From Eledone cirrhosa (Eukaryota), in the NCBI GenBank assembly GCA_964016885.1, contig OZ024742.1:274226001-274290000 (forward strand): a stretch of DNA of 64,000 bases. The letters run 5' to 3'. Shown here piece after piece: positions 1 to 15,638 of this stretch (position 1 is its first letter; each line of letters begins with the position of its first letter). Both the position numbers and the translations under genes were made by a program. The notes beneath the pieces are model-generated. The model did not search any database. It saw nothing but the letters and a program-made list of their open reading frames with translations, and was not told the origin of the DNA.

Positions 1-22
1 GTGTGTATGTTGTGGGTTCGTC

Positions 23-675
23 TTATGCAGAAGTGTTTAGACAGGGTACGTATTTGTTAATAAATTGAGATTCCTTGTTGATGTGCTGGGTGTGGGTGGC
101 ATGATCTTTAAATTTGTAGAGGGGATAGATTCTGAAGTTGGGATGATTTTGGGCGGCACAGGTATCAATGTGTTCACTCAGTGGTATTTTCCTGTATTCC
201 CGTATTTTAATTTGGGATCTATGGACAGTCATGCGTTGGCGGAGGCTGTTTTTGGTCTGGCCTATGTATTGTTCTCGACAACCTGAGCAAGGTAATACAT
301 ATATTAGATTTTCTGATGCGGATGTGAAATTGTGTTTTACTATAAAACGTTGTCCTTCTTTGAAATAGAATTCCGAACCCTCTATTAGGTTGATGCATAT
401 GCCACAGTTGGCTCTATCGCATTTTTTTACTGTGGGTTTCGTTGTTGTGGTTGGCAGTACTTTGGCAGGTGTTAGGATGTTTTTCATTGACTTAGATTGT
501 CTTTTGCTCTTTATGATATTGTGTGTTCGTAGGATTTGGTTCATTCTATGGTCCTTTTTCAACACATGGATGTTCTGGAGGATGGCGTCAAAGGTCTCAT
601 TGTTGAGGGGGATGTGTGTGGAGATGTATGGAAGAGCTTTTAGTTTCTGTTGATTTACTTTAGGGTGTCTAAGGT
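23..675 (-). mobile_element. Penelope-like element (PLE) 3' coding fragment: RT thumb/linker + GIY-YIG endonuclease, 5'-truncated at a microsatellite
   Basis: ORF 23..688: LPYISTH..., CDRANCGIC Zn motif, NLIYVLPCSGCREQYIGQTKNSLRQRMTVHR (GIY-YIG), ESQFI...LN terminus. Confidence 0.85.
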
Positions 676-718
<43 letters not shown>

Positions 719-719
719 G

Positions 720-779
<60 letters not shown>

Positions 780-890
780 TGTTTATGTCAGTGTGTCTTT
801 TTAAATATATATGTGGTGTTTTCAACTTTATTTATGTGTGTGTATCTATATGTATGTATATATTTACATATGTGTGTGTATATGTATATG

Positions 891-934
<44 letters not shown>
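676..934. repeat. Compound (CA)/(TA)/(TG) microsatellite
   Basis: Directly visible dinucleotide runs. Confidence 0.95.
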
Positions 935-939
<5 letters not shown>

Positions 940-1087
940 AATTAGTATATCTACCAACATATCTATGCTAGCAAATATATATGTTTTGTCTTAGTAACTT
1001 TGTGGTTCTATGCAAGGGGATGCACAACAATTATATGAAAGACGTAAAGAAGAAAATTATGAAAATCGACTTACTTACTAAAATTTC

Positions 1088-1168
1088 ACTCTAACTAATT
1101 AGTTTCTGTAAGGGAATAAATATGGTTACGGAACGTACCCACAGAGAAACCTTACGTCATCAGGGAGT
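1088..1168 (-). ncRNA. Type I hammerhead ribozyme (copy 1, one stem I mismatch)
   Basis: Minus strand: actcc CUGAUGA c gtaagg..ccttac a GAAAC taatta GUU agagt. Confidence 0.75.
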
Positions 1169-1593
1169 CTATTCTCAGCTAAGCTCCCAGGCAATGCGAG
1201 GACACTGGGAACTTATATAAAAATAATTCAGTGGATGGAAAAAAGCGAGCGGGGACTAAATTCCAAGACATTGAAAAAATTCACTGCCTACTTGCTCAGT
1301 GGCAAATCCAAAAGAATCAATCACGTGACATTGAGGTTAATCAGTGAGGAGTGGAGTGCTAATTACCATGAACCAAAGTAGTAATTTCAGCCAGTTTTGT
1401 TCAACAAATAATTGGAGATAATTATAAAGAATTAGTATATCTACCAACATATGTATACAGATGCATACCTATGATAGAAAATATATATGTTTTGTCTTAG
1501 TAACTTTGTGGTTCTATGCAAGGGGATGCAGAACAATTATATGAAAGACGTAAATAAGAAAATTATGAAAATCGACTTACTTACTAATATTTC

Positions 1594-1674
1594 ACTCCAA
1601 CTAATTAGTTTCTCTAAGGGAATAAATATGGTTACGGAACGTACCCACAGACAAACCTTACGTCATCAGGGAGT
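1594..1674 (-). ncRNA. Type I hammerhead ribozyme (copy 2)
   Basis: Minus strand: actcc CUGAUGA ... GAAAC taatta GUU ggagt; one mismatch at the base of stem II. Confidence 0.75.
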
Positions 1675-1785
1675 CTATTCTCAGCTAAGCTCCCAGGCAA
1701 TGCGAGGACACTGGGAACTTATATAAAAATAATTCAGTGGATGGAAAAAAGCGAGCGGGAACTAAATTGCAAGACATTGAAATAG

Positions 1786-1866
1786 ACTCCCTGATGACGT
1801 AAGGTTTCTCTGTGGGCACGTTCCGTAACCATATTTATTCCCTTACAGAAACTAATTAGTTGGAGT
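1786..1866 (+). ncRNA. Type I hammerhead ribozyme (inverted copy, best conserved)
   Basis: Stem I actcc/ggagt, CUGAUGA 1791-1797, stem II gtaagg/ccttac, GAAAC, palindromic stem III actaattagt, GUU cleavage triplet. Confidence 0.85.
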
Positions 1867-1913
1867 GAAATTTTAGTAAGTAAGTCGATTTTCATAATTT
1901 TCTTATTTACGTC

Positions 1914-2015
<102 letters not shown>

Positions 2016-2246
2016 TTCGTTTCTGAATTTGTTTAGCAAGATTCTTTATCTGAAATCGTGTGTTGAAACCGATATTCTTATACTTTGGGAGGGTCATGTT
2101 GCCAGTAAGAAACACACGCACCAGTTGCTTTCACTTCAGTTTATTATATGTTTATAAATTTATAAATTTACAAATCTAAAAACTTATAAATTATAAATTT
2201 CTGGTTGGTTGGTTGGTTCCACAACCAGATAGTTGTTTATATATAT

Positions 2247-2291
2247 AGTCATAGTCCTTTCGTCACACACTCTGTGACCTCTTCAGTGACT
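2247..2291 (-). ncRNA. Minimal type I hammerhead ribozyme in PLE 3' region
   Basis: Minus strand: agtca CUGAAGA g gtcac agagtgt gtgac GAAA ggac UA tgact; stems I and II fully paired. Confidence 0.8.
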
Positions 2292-2567
2292 GGGATTCCT
2301 TTCTTCGTTTCTGTGCCTTTTCTTTCTTCTATCCTACGCCATTTTGTTTCTGTGTGTGTGTTGTGTGCTCAGTTTGCGCATGTGCCACATCCGGGTGTCT
2401 GTGTGTGTTTGTGTTCATTTTTCTATTTGTTTATTTATTTATTGTTGGTTGGTTGTTTGTTCTATGTGTGTGTGTGTTTTCATTTTGTCCTGTGTGTGTT
2501 TTCATTTTGTGTGTGTTTTCAATTGTAAGTTGTTTGTTCTATGTGTGTGTGTGTTTTCATTTTGTCC

Positions 2568-3917
2568 TTAATTGTAAGTTGTGATGTTGCTGTTCCACTC
2601 ATATTTTCTATTTAATTTTGGTTTTAATTCTTTTATGCTTACTGCCTCTGTAATTTGCCTAAACATTGCGTCTTTTCTGTGCGTAGATTCTATTTTTATT
2701 TCTATGCTCTCTAATCTACCCCTGTGTTCTATCTTAGCATGTTGGTAGAGCACAGATGATTCTTTATTATCTTGGAGGTCTCGCCAGTGTTCATTTATTC
2801 GTTCCCCTATACTACGAGCTGTCTCACCTATGTACACTATATTTTTGTTTCTACATTGTCCTTCAGTACATCTTATGCTATACACTATATTTCTAGTTTT
2901 ACAGTTAATATGGGGGCTTATTTTACAGGTTATACATTTCTTATCTATACATGAGGGTCTTTGGAACGGGTATGTCTTGCTAATAAGTGTTTTTACGGAG
3001 GTACCAGGTCTTTCTACTATCTTAATATTGAGATTATGTTTATTTAGGGCCCTTCTAAATTTGTAGGCTAGTTCGCCTCTAGGGGTTGTATTGATGAACA
3101 TTACACTCTGGTATTTATTGCTATCATACCATGAGTTTATTCTATTGGCCTTGTTCCTAGTTCTTTCTATTCTATTCCAAAATTTGCTCCTATACAAGGG
3201 GCAGGTCCCATTTATGTCATTATTTACCATTTTTTCCCATTTGGTTCTGGCTCCTTTATACACTCTGATTCTATCTCTCTGATTATAGCCAGAGAACTGC
3301 ATACGGTGGATGAAGTGTTGTATGTGTCTCTCTAGTTCTTCGGGGTTGCACATGCGGGATACATTTCTCATCACCCGTACCAAATCCGCAATCAGTATGT
3401 TGATTTTGGTATGGTCCGAAATGGCCGAGTTTCGGTGGATCAGATGTTTGGAAGTCATGGGTTTGGCATAATGGGAATGGAGGATTTGTTTTTGGTTGTT
3501 AATGGTATCTAACCAGAGCTCTGTGTCTAGTACAGGTAATCGATGGTTGGGATGTCTACTTGGGTAGTCTATAGTAACTCTAATGCTCTGGTGGATGGAG
3601 TTTGCTATTTGCTGGATGCTTTCCATTGTGTTTTTCTCTAGTTCCTGACTGTTCTTTAGTGGGGGTGTCTTAACTACAATGTTTATATCATCTACGTAGC
3701 GGGAGTACATTATCAGGGTTAAGCTGTCTTCTAATTGTTCATTAAGTTTTTGTTTAAGTCTACTGTCCCACCATACCATGAATAAGTTAGCTATGTCGCC
3801 TGCAATGCTAACACCAATGGCTGCTCCTTCCTCTTGGGCATATGTTTTACCATTAAATTTGAACATATGTTCCTTAAGGGTTAATTTTATGCTGGCCCCT
3901 ACCGCATGTGCAATCAT
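2568..3917 (-). CDS. PLE RT (C-terminal half) + GIY-YIG endonuclease, open for 449 aa, N-terminus missing
   Basis: FKFNGKTYAQEEGAAIG, YSRYVDDI, LPVLD, YAKPMTS, NIVYSIRC...YIGETARSIGERINEH, RQITEA...LN. Confidence 0.85.
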   Translation of the reverse strand: MIAHAVGASIKLTLKEHMFKFNGKTYAQEEGAAIGVSIAGDIANLFMVWWDSRLKQKLNEQLEDSLTLIMYSRYVDDINIVVKTPPLKNSQELEKNTMESIQQIANSIHQSIRVTIDYPSRHPNHRLPVLDTELWLDTINNQKQILHSHYAKPMTSKHLIHRNSAISDHTKINILIADLVRVMRNVSRMCNPEELERHIQHFIHRMQFSGYNQRDRIRVYKGARTKWEKMVNNDINGTCPLYRSKFWNRIERTRNKANRINSWYDSNKYQSVMFINTTPRGELAYKFRRALNKHNLNIKIVERPGTSVKTLISKTYPFQRPSCIDKKCITCKISPHINCKTRNIVYSIRCTEGQCRNKNIVYIGETARSIGERINEHWRDLQDNKESSVLYQHAKIEHRGRLESIEIKIESTHRKDAMFRQITEAVSIKELKPKLNRKYEWNSNITTYN

Positions 3918-3985
3918 TTTCTTCAGTTCATCGTGGTTTTCGGGTGTCCGTATGGCTCTTGTCCACCCGTTCCATCTATCTGTGT

Positions 3986-4445
3986 GAACCTTCGTAGAGA
4001 CCTGAAAATCCGCCTCTTCATTGCTGTAGTGAAGTCTGTGCTGCTGTATGGGTCTGAGACTTGGACACTGACCAAGAGACTCACTCAGATGGTGGATGGG
4101 TGCTACACGAGAATGCTGAGGATGGCTCTGAACATTAATCAGTATACACTGAGGATGAAAAACTCAGAGCTGTATGGGAGCATCCCAAAAGTCAGCTCAA
4201 AAGTGACACAGAGGAGACTGAGGTTGGCTGGACATGCTCACGACATCCAGAGTTGACATTACATTCAGTGCTCCTTTGGGAGCTCCTACATGGACACACT
4301 AGAAGAGGAAGACCAAGGTTAACATATGTTGATGCCCTAAGGACAGACACTGGTCTGTTGGAGATGCAGGATATGGCAGCGATAATGAGGGACAGAGACC
4401 GCTGGAGAGAACTCGTCCATGGATCTCGGGAATTTTACCCGCCTT

Positions 4446-4448
<3 letters not shown>
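3986..4448 (+). mobile_element. RTE-clade LINE 3' fragment followed by (TA)n
   Basis: KIRLFIAVVKSVLLYGSETWTLT, RRLRLAGH, RRGRPRLTYVD...DRDRWR: RTE C-terminal signature, one frameshift. Confidence 0.85.
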
Positions 4449-8261
<3,813 letters not shown>

Positions 8262-8320
<59 letters not shown>

Positions 8321-8458
8321 ATATATGTATATATGTATGTGTGTATATATATGTATATATATATGTCTATGTGTATGTGTGTGTGTGTATATAAATGCGT
8401 ATGTGTGCGTGTATATGTGAGTATATATATATATATATATATTTGTAGTTGATGTGTG

Positions 8459-8497
<39 letters not shown>

Positions 8498-8552
8498 GTG
8501 CATAATTGTCTGACTGTGTGTATTTATTTATTTATTTTATATTTATTTATTT

Positions 8553-8633
<81 letters not shown>

Positions 8634-8686
8634 GTGTATGTATATGTGTGTGTGTGTGTGTATATATATTTATGTGTGTATATATA

Positions 8687-8729
<43 letters not shown>

Positions 8730-8997
8730 GTGTGTATGCATATCTCTTTATTTATGTATGTCTGAATTGTGTGAGCGTGTAGTTGTATGTGTATATGCAT
8801 ACATGGATGTGTGTGTGTGTGTATATATGCGTATATGTATGTGTATGTGTGTGTGTGTGTATATATGAGTATGTATGTATGTATATGTATATATATATAT
8901 ATATATATATGTATATGTGTGTGTGTGTATATGTGTGTGTGTATGTGTGTGTATATATATGTATATATGGGTATGTATGTGTATATGTGTATGTACA

Positions 8998-9028
<31 letters not shown>

Positions 9029-9140
9029 GTGTGTTGTGAATATGTATATATATATATATGTGTGTATGTATATGTGTCTATGTATTTATATGTGTATATG
9101 TGTGTGTCTCTATATATATGTGTGTGTATATATATGTATA

Positions 9141-9179
<39 letters not shown>

Positions 9180-9240
9180 ATATGTATATATATATATATA
9201 TATCGATGTGTATTTTATATTTTACTTGTTTATATATATA
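8262..9240. repeat. ~1 kb compound (TA)/(TG) microsatellite
   Basis: Directly visible; source of the YIYI/CVCV pseudo-ORFs. Confidence 0.95.
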
Positions 9241-9819
9241 TTTTTTTTTAATATTCTTCTTTTTATTTCTAAATTTATAGATACATTTTTAAATAGGCAG
9301 TTTGTCTGACACCCGTAAATACTGACCCCCCCCCCCACCTACTTTCTGTATCTGGATCTAAATATATGTGGCAGTGCTTATGTGCGCGCCTTAATGTCCA
9401 TATGCTTATGATAATAATATATACACATATGTGTGTGTGTGTGTGTGTGTGGGTGTGTGTGTGTGTATGTTCGTGGTTATGTGTATGTTTATGCGTATAT
9501 GCGCGTGTGTGTGTGAATGTATGTTTATGTGTGTATATATGAATGTATATATGTTTATATACGTATATGTATTTTATCTGTAGATTATAAGCATACAGAG
9601 ACATTAGCCCTGAATTTTTGTATTTACATACATTTTTTCGACATGCGTATGCATGTGAACATATATTTTTATGCATATCTGTGAACGAAGTTACTTACAT
9701 ATATACACACACCTAACTGTATTTTCTGGATATATTTTTGTGTATTTCATTGGTCAATTTGAACTCTGTTCCCAAACAGACCTGTAATTTTGAATTATTG
9801 TTATTATCAATAAATATAT

Positions 9820-9972
9820 TTCATTATTTCTGAAGACGGCATATATATGTGTTGGTATGTATATTGAATTTGATAGTTTGTATAATTTTGTATAATTTTG
9901 TACATAGATCTGTTGAATATGCATGCCAATTCTAACACATATATGTCCTAGAAACGATCGTTAAATAATGAA
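9820..9972 (+). ncRNA. Type I hammerhead ribozyme with long stem II
   Basis: 10-bp stem I ttcattattt/aaataatgaa, CUGAAGA 9830-9836, stem II arms catatatatgtgttgg/ctaacacatatatg, GAAAC gatc GUU. Confidence 0.8.
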
Positions 9973-10026
9973 CTTTTTTTGTTTAATATAAGGAACTGTT
10001 TCATTGTTTTATTCATTATTTCTTTA

Positions 10027-10508
<482 letters not shown>

Positions 10509-10744
10509 TTCTACTCCAAAACTTGTTGAGTGCTTTATATCAGTTATAAAATATTTACTCGTTGTAACCCAACAATTTTAAATAAAACTTTTGCATATAT
10601 ATATATATATATATATACAAAGATATCAAATATTTAATATCATTGAATATTTACTCCAGGAATGTGTTGAGTGCTCTAAATCAGTTATAAACATTTATAT
10701 TGTTTTATATTTGTCAGATTTCCAACTAATTGAATACCCCTTCC

Positions 10745-10816
<72 letters not shown>

Positions 10817-10991
10817 TAAAACAGATTAAAGTTTAAGCAAAGAATCGGGATCTTCTGAAACTAAAAAGTTAATCTGTGGACGCAGAAGTAAATACTTAAA
10901 AACACGTTGCAATCGAAGGAAGACAGGAAGACGATACTTTGGTTCGTGGAAACGTTCCATGGCAAAGAACCTGAAAAAGCGAAGATAATGC

Positions 10992-11207
10992 GTCATTATT
11001 TGGTGCGGTGAACAAAATTACACGCAAAGACAAAACCACGTGCATGGTATAAATGAAGTCGTAGACTAATATTCTATAAGACGTTCTCTTGCAATGAACG
11101 GAAAAAACGAAGATCATACATCATTATGTGGAGCGGTGAGAAAAATTACACGCAAAAACAAAACCACGTTTATGGTATAACTGAAGTCGTAGACTAAAAT
11201 TCTATTT
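10992..11207. repeat. Imperfect ~85 bp direct repeat
   Basis: tcattat..gcggtga..aaattacacgcaaa..aaaaccacgt..tgaagtcgtagactaa occurs at ~10992 and ~11121. Confidence 0.75.
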
Positions 11208-11466
11208 AGGAAACCGAATGATTCTCGGCTTCAGAGTTTAAGAATACAGTAAATACAGAGGTAATTGAAAATAAATATATACATACACGCCTGCATCCAT
11301 ATACGTACGTACACAAGCATACGCAAAACACTCACCATGGGTTTTAAAATACGAGCACGTACACAAAAGAAAAAAAACAAAAAAATCACAAACACGCACG
11401 CACCTACAGAACCCACGCAACGCCTGTAACTGCACACATACAAACGTATACACCAAATACACATAA

Positions 11467-11548
<82 letters not shown>

Positions 11549-11964
11549 CATAATATATATGAATATACACACATAAATACGTAAATAACTATAAGGCGCG
11601 CACACACACCTACATGCAAAAACACATATGTTCGCGGACGACGTCAACCAAAACACAAAGTACACATATACACACACCCTACATACGTACGAACCCGCAT
11701 ACTCACACAGACGCAAAACTCGCGTATACACATAACCAATTGCACATGTACCAATATTTATAAAATATACGCCATAAAATATACAAGCAAATATACGTAC
11801 GAGAAAGTATAAGTACCTTCACAAAACATACAGGTAATATATACTTACCTATACAAATAAATAATTGTATAATCATAACATATACTTAGCTACAACATGA
11901 AGACGTAAATATCCGCGTATAGTTCGTACTATCCGTTAGGGTATAATGTGGGGCTGCAATACAG

Positions 11965-12479
11965 GAAAGTTTTGTGCAATTTATGTTTACAAGCCGAAAT
12001 TGCCTCAGAATTTTTGTTTAAGATGTGGTCTTTGGCGTAGAGTATTTCCAGGGCCTCAGCGGCGCAGAGGTCACAGGATCTTTTATTTCCGTTATACGAT
12101 CTAACCCTAGCTAGGATCTACCAGCGTAACTTATATTGGGTGAGGTTGTCTGTTCGACAGATATAAGCTGAAAGTGTCGTCATATTCCTTCTTAAAAAGT
12201 TAAGAAAAGAATGGGTATGCATGTAAAGACGGTGCTTGAATCTATTGGCGGTTAACCCTATGTAGGCCCTACGGGATGTGAGTGTTTCAACCTTACATTT
12301 GTAGACAATTTTACTAGAGAGGCAATTCTAGTATAGGGGTCAGTCAACCCGATTCCTACAATTACAGTTACTACTAGCTACAGGGTTGCACGTGTTCCTA
12401 CGGCTAGGTAATTTTGCTATATTTGTTAATTTGTGAAATACACTCCTGGTTAACTCGACCATAGGGGAATTTGGGACAA
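11965..12479 (-). pseudogene. Decayed Naiad GIY-YIG endonuclease fragment (not in ORF track), cut on the right by a Helitron
   Basis: Manual translation: CNCRNRVD*PLY*NCLSSKIVYKCKV...AYIGLTANRFKHRLYMHTHSF...CDLCAAE; parallels ORF 5682..6473. Confidence 0.8.
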
Positions 12480-12562
12480 TCTATCTATCTATATAAAATA
12501 GACTATGTGTGTGATTGGGGGGGGGTATGTGTGTGTGTGTGTATGTGCGTGTGCTTGTGCGT

Positions 12563-12598
<36 letters not shown>

Positions 12599-12817
12599 TT
12601 CAGCGCACCTTCTATAGCTTACAACCGATTTTATTCAAACTTGGCACAAACATGCGTTATGCTACCGCCCTTCGTACGAACTCATAACATTTTCAGATTT
12701 CTGTCTCCTGCGTCCACTATAAGAGAAAAAGCGACTTAAACAAATCATTTTTGAGACAAACAGAGGGAGAGGCAGAAAGAGAGAGACAGAGAGAGATACA
12801 GAGAGAGAGAGACAGAG

Positions 12818-12881
<64 letters not shown>

Positions 12882-15326
12882 GTCCCACACCGGCTTAAAC
12901 TATAGATCAGAGTATATCAGTTGAAGGTTTAACAATAAGTCGTTTTACAGTCTTTGATTTTACAGAACAAAGAAAACTTGATACTATTTGAAATTATTGT
13001 TGTGAACCGGTGAATTGTGTAATGCTTCGTATTAGTGGTTCAAGTACAGAGATGATCTTTCTGAGGATTTTAAACGTCTGGCACAATTGCAGTACCCTCA
13101 CATGGAAGGTATCAGCGATGAGGTCTACAACAGATCACTGATTGACGTAGAAGACAGAATTGTTTCACTCGGTGGAAATGATTTGCCCACATAAGGCCTG
13201 TCCCAAACATTCCGAACAGGGTCGAGCGTACTTCCCACAGTCATTCTATGAGAAACATCCTACGACATTGATGTTCTTTCCCAATATGCTATCGACACTG
13301 AACCACAACTGCTTCTGGACGAACATCGGGCTTACAGCACTATTGTCGACTATGTGCGCCACCGAAAAGATGGTATCTTCTTCCTGAATGCACCTGGTGG
13401 GACAGGAAAAACATTTGTAACGAAGCTCCTCCTTACAAAGGTTAGGCAGCATAGGGATATCGCGGTAGCTGTTGCCTCCTCTGGGATTGCTGCTAATTTG
13501 CTGCCCGGTGACAGGACAACGCACTTGACATTTAAACTCCCCTGAATTTAACAATATCTGAAACACCTACTTGCAACATCAGTAAAAGCTCAGACCAGGG
13601 TCAGGTCCTCAAACGGTGTCATCTCATAGTATCGAATGAGTGCACCATGGCCCACAAAGGAGCTCTTGAAGCAGTAGATAGAACCCTTAAAGATATCAGA
13701 TTGTCATGCTCGAATGGGAGGTGTGACGCTTCTGTTGTCTGGTGATTTCAGACAGACTCTTCCCGTCATTCCCAAAGGCACAAGGGCAGATGAAATCCAG
13801 GTGTGCCTTAAATCCCCTGCAGTGTGGCGACACGTTACGACCCTTACTCTTAACACTAACATGAGAGCTCAACTACTCTGTGATCACATGTCTGCCAGGT
13901 TTGCGCAGGACATTTTGACACTTGGCGATGGCAAGGTGCCTCTCGACGCTGCCGGAGAAATGGACGTCTGGGCATTTTGTACCATTGTTAATTATGTGGA
14001 GGAGCTGAAAGACCAAGTGTTTCCGAACTTGATAGAAAATTACCAATTGGCTGTGCGAAAGAGCAATAATGGCTCAAAAAAAAACATCGCTGTTAATAAA
14101 CCCAACGAACAGTTAATGCTGTCTCGTCCAGGAAATCTTCACACTTACAAGTCTGGCGACAGAATCCCGGATCACAATGAAGTGGTGAACTATCCTCCAG
14201 ACTTTCTCAATTCATTGGAGCCCCCCGGACCACCTCCCCACATATTAGGACTTAAAGTTGGAACTCCTGTAATGCTGCATAGGAATCTAGATCCGCCAAG
14301 ACTGTGCAATGGGACACGACTGGTGGTAAAGAAAATTATGTCACATGTTTTCGCGGCAACAATTCTTTCTGGATGTAGAAATGGTTATGACGTCTTCATT
14401 CCAAGAATCCCTCTCATTCCATCAGGAGGAGAAATTCCCTTTTTATTCAGACGTCTGCATTTTCCAATTCGTGTCAACTTTGCAATGTCCATTAACAAAT
14501 CGCAAGGTCAAACCCTGTCTGTGGCCGGGCTTGTCTTGGAAGAGACATGTTCCTCACACGGACAATTGTACGTTGGGTGTTTCCGAGTGGAGAGCAGAGG
14601 AAACCTTTTCGCGTTTGCACGACACGGAAAAAAAGAACATTGTTTACAACGAGGTTTTATGATAAAAAATACGAGGAGGAACACACACATACATATAGCG
14701 TTAGTAAGTTGCATACACATTATCTTCACACACAGACAATTAATTACACACACATCTACACATACATATACATATGTGGTGACTGACAAGTTATAGGTTT
14801 GCGTGAATGTATGTCTGTGTGTGCCTGTCTTAGTATATGAATGTGAGAGTGCATGTGTGTGAGTATATGTGTGTGTGAGTGTATGTGTGATAATTTTTAT
14901 TTTCCTTTGCATTAAAACAATAGAAAATGACACGCTTTTAGTTCGTCATTAAATACACTCACACATCTGATGCAACTGAGCAAAAATGAGGTGAAAAGTT
15001 ATTCATGTGTCTACGTGAATGTATATCTATGTATGTCTCTCTTAGTATATGTATGTCAGAGTGTATGTGTGTGAGTATGTAGCAACAATTTATTCATTTG
15101 AACAGCAACACAGAATTACACAATGAATATTGTTTACCCTAAGGTGCTTCAAGTTTGACAGATATTCATTTCTAAATTCTATTATCATTACAATTGTGAT
15201 ATTTAAAAAATAAAATATAGATATTTTGAAATAATTATGAGAAAAAAAAACATATCTTCATATTTATTATTTACTAATCTGAATAAGAACAGGAGTAACC
15301 CGGGCAACGCCGCGTAATTCAACTAG
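12480..15326 (+). mobile_element. Helitron, internally deleted (no Rep HUH domain seen), both termini present
   Basis: 5' a|TCTATCTATCTATATAAAA; 3' imperfect hairpin acccgggcaacgccgcgt then CTAG|t; PIF1-like helicase inside. Confidence 0.85.
13030..14660 (+). pseudogene. Helitron PIF1-family (SF1B) helicase, frameshifted
   Basis: FLNAPGGTGKTF, VASSGIAA, LLSGDFRQTLPV, RNLDPPRLCNGTRL, FAMSINKSQGQTL, HGQLYVG. Confidence 0.9.
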
Positions 15327-15542
15327 TATAATAATTGTTTCTACTATTGGCACAAGGCCAGCAATTACCCCAAAATACATACACATATTCATATGTATAT
15401 GCGTGTGTGTGTGGTGTTTTGCTCGATGACCGAAACAGCCAAAATAATTAAAATAATTAAATTAACTCCATAATCAGAGCTATTTAACAAATTACAAAGT
15501 ATGAGGAGATAAGAGACAAAAATATACCTATCTTTTCTTCAA

Positions 15543-15638
15543 AGTCCCGACTGTAGTTTCGCCGCTCCGTTTGCACCTATGTCTGCACTATAAGAGGTGC
15601 ATCATCGCTGTGAGATTGATACGGCTTATCAAGAGACC
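15543..15638 (-). ncRNA. Type I hammerhead ribozyme, U3-A8 core variant, long stem II
   Basis: Minus strand: ggtctc UUGAUAA gccg...cggc GAAAC taca GUC gggact. Confidence 0.7.

Larger units (their letters stand above)
2200..3985 (-). mobile_element. Penelope-like retroelement, 5'-truncated, with 3' UTR/pLTR containing an HHR
   Basis: Contains ORF 2568..3917 and a same-strand HHR at 2247-2291; left boundary approximate. Confidence 0.85.

Noticed and set aside
10821-10880. acagatt/aatctgt stem with GAAAC...GUU
   Set aside because: No CUGANGA box
13030-14796. Host PIF1 helicase gene
   Set aside because: Intronless, frameshifted and bounded by Helitron termini
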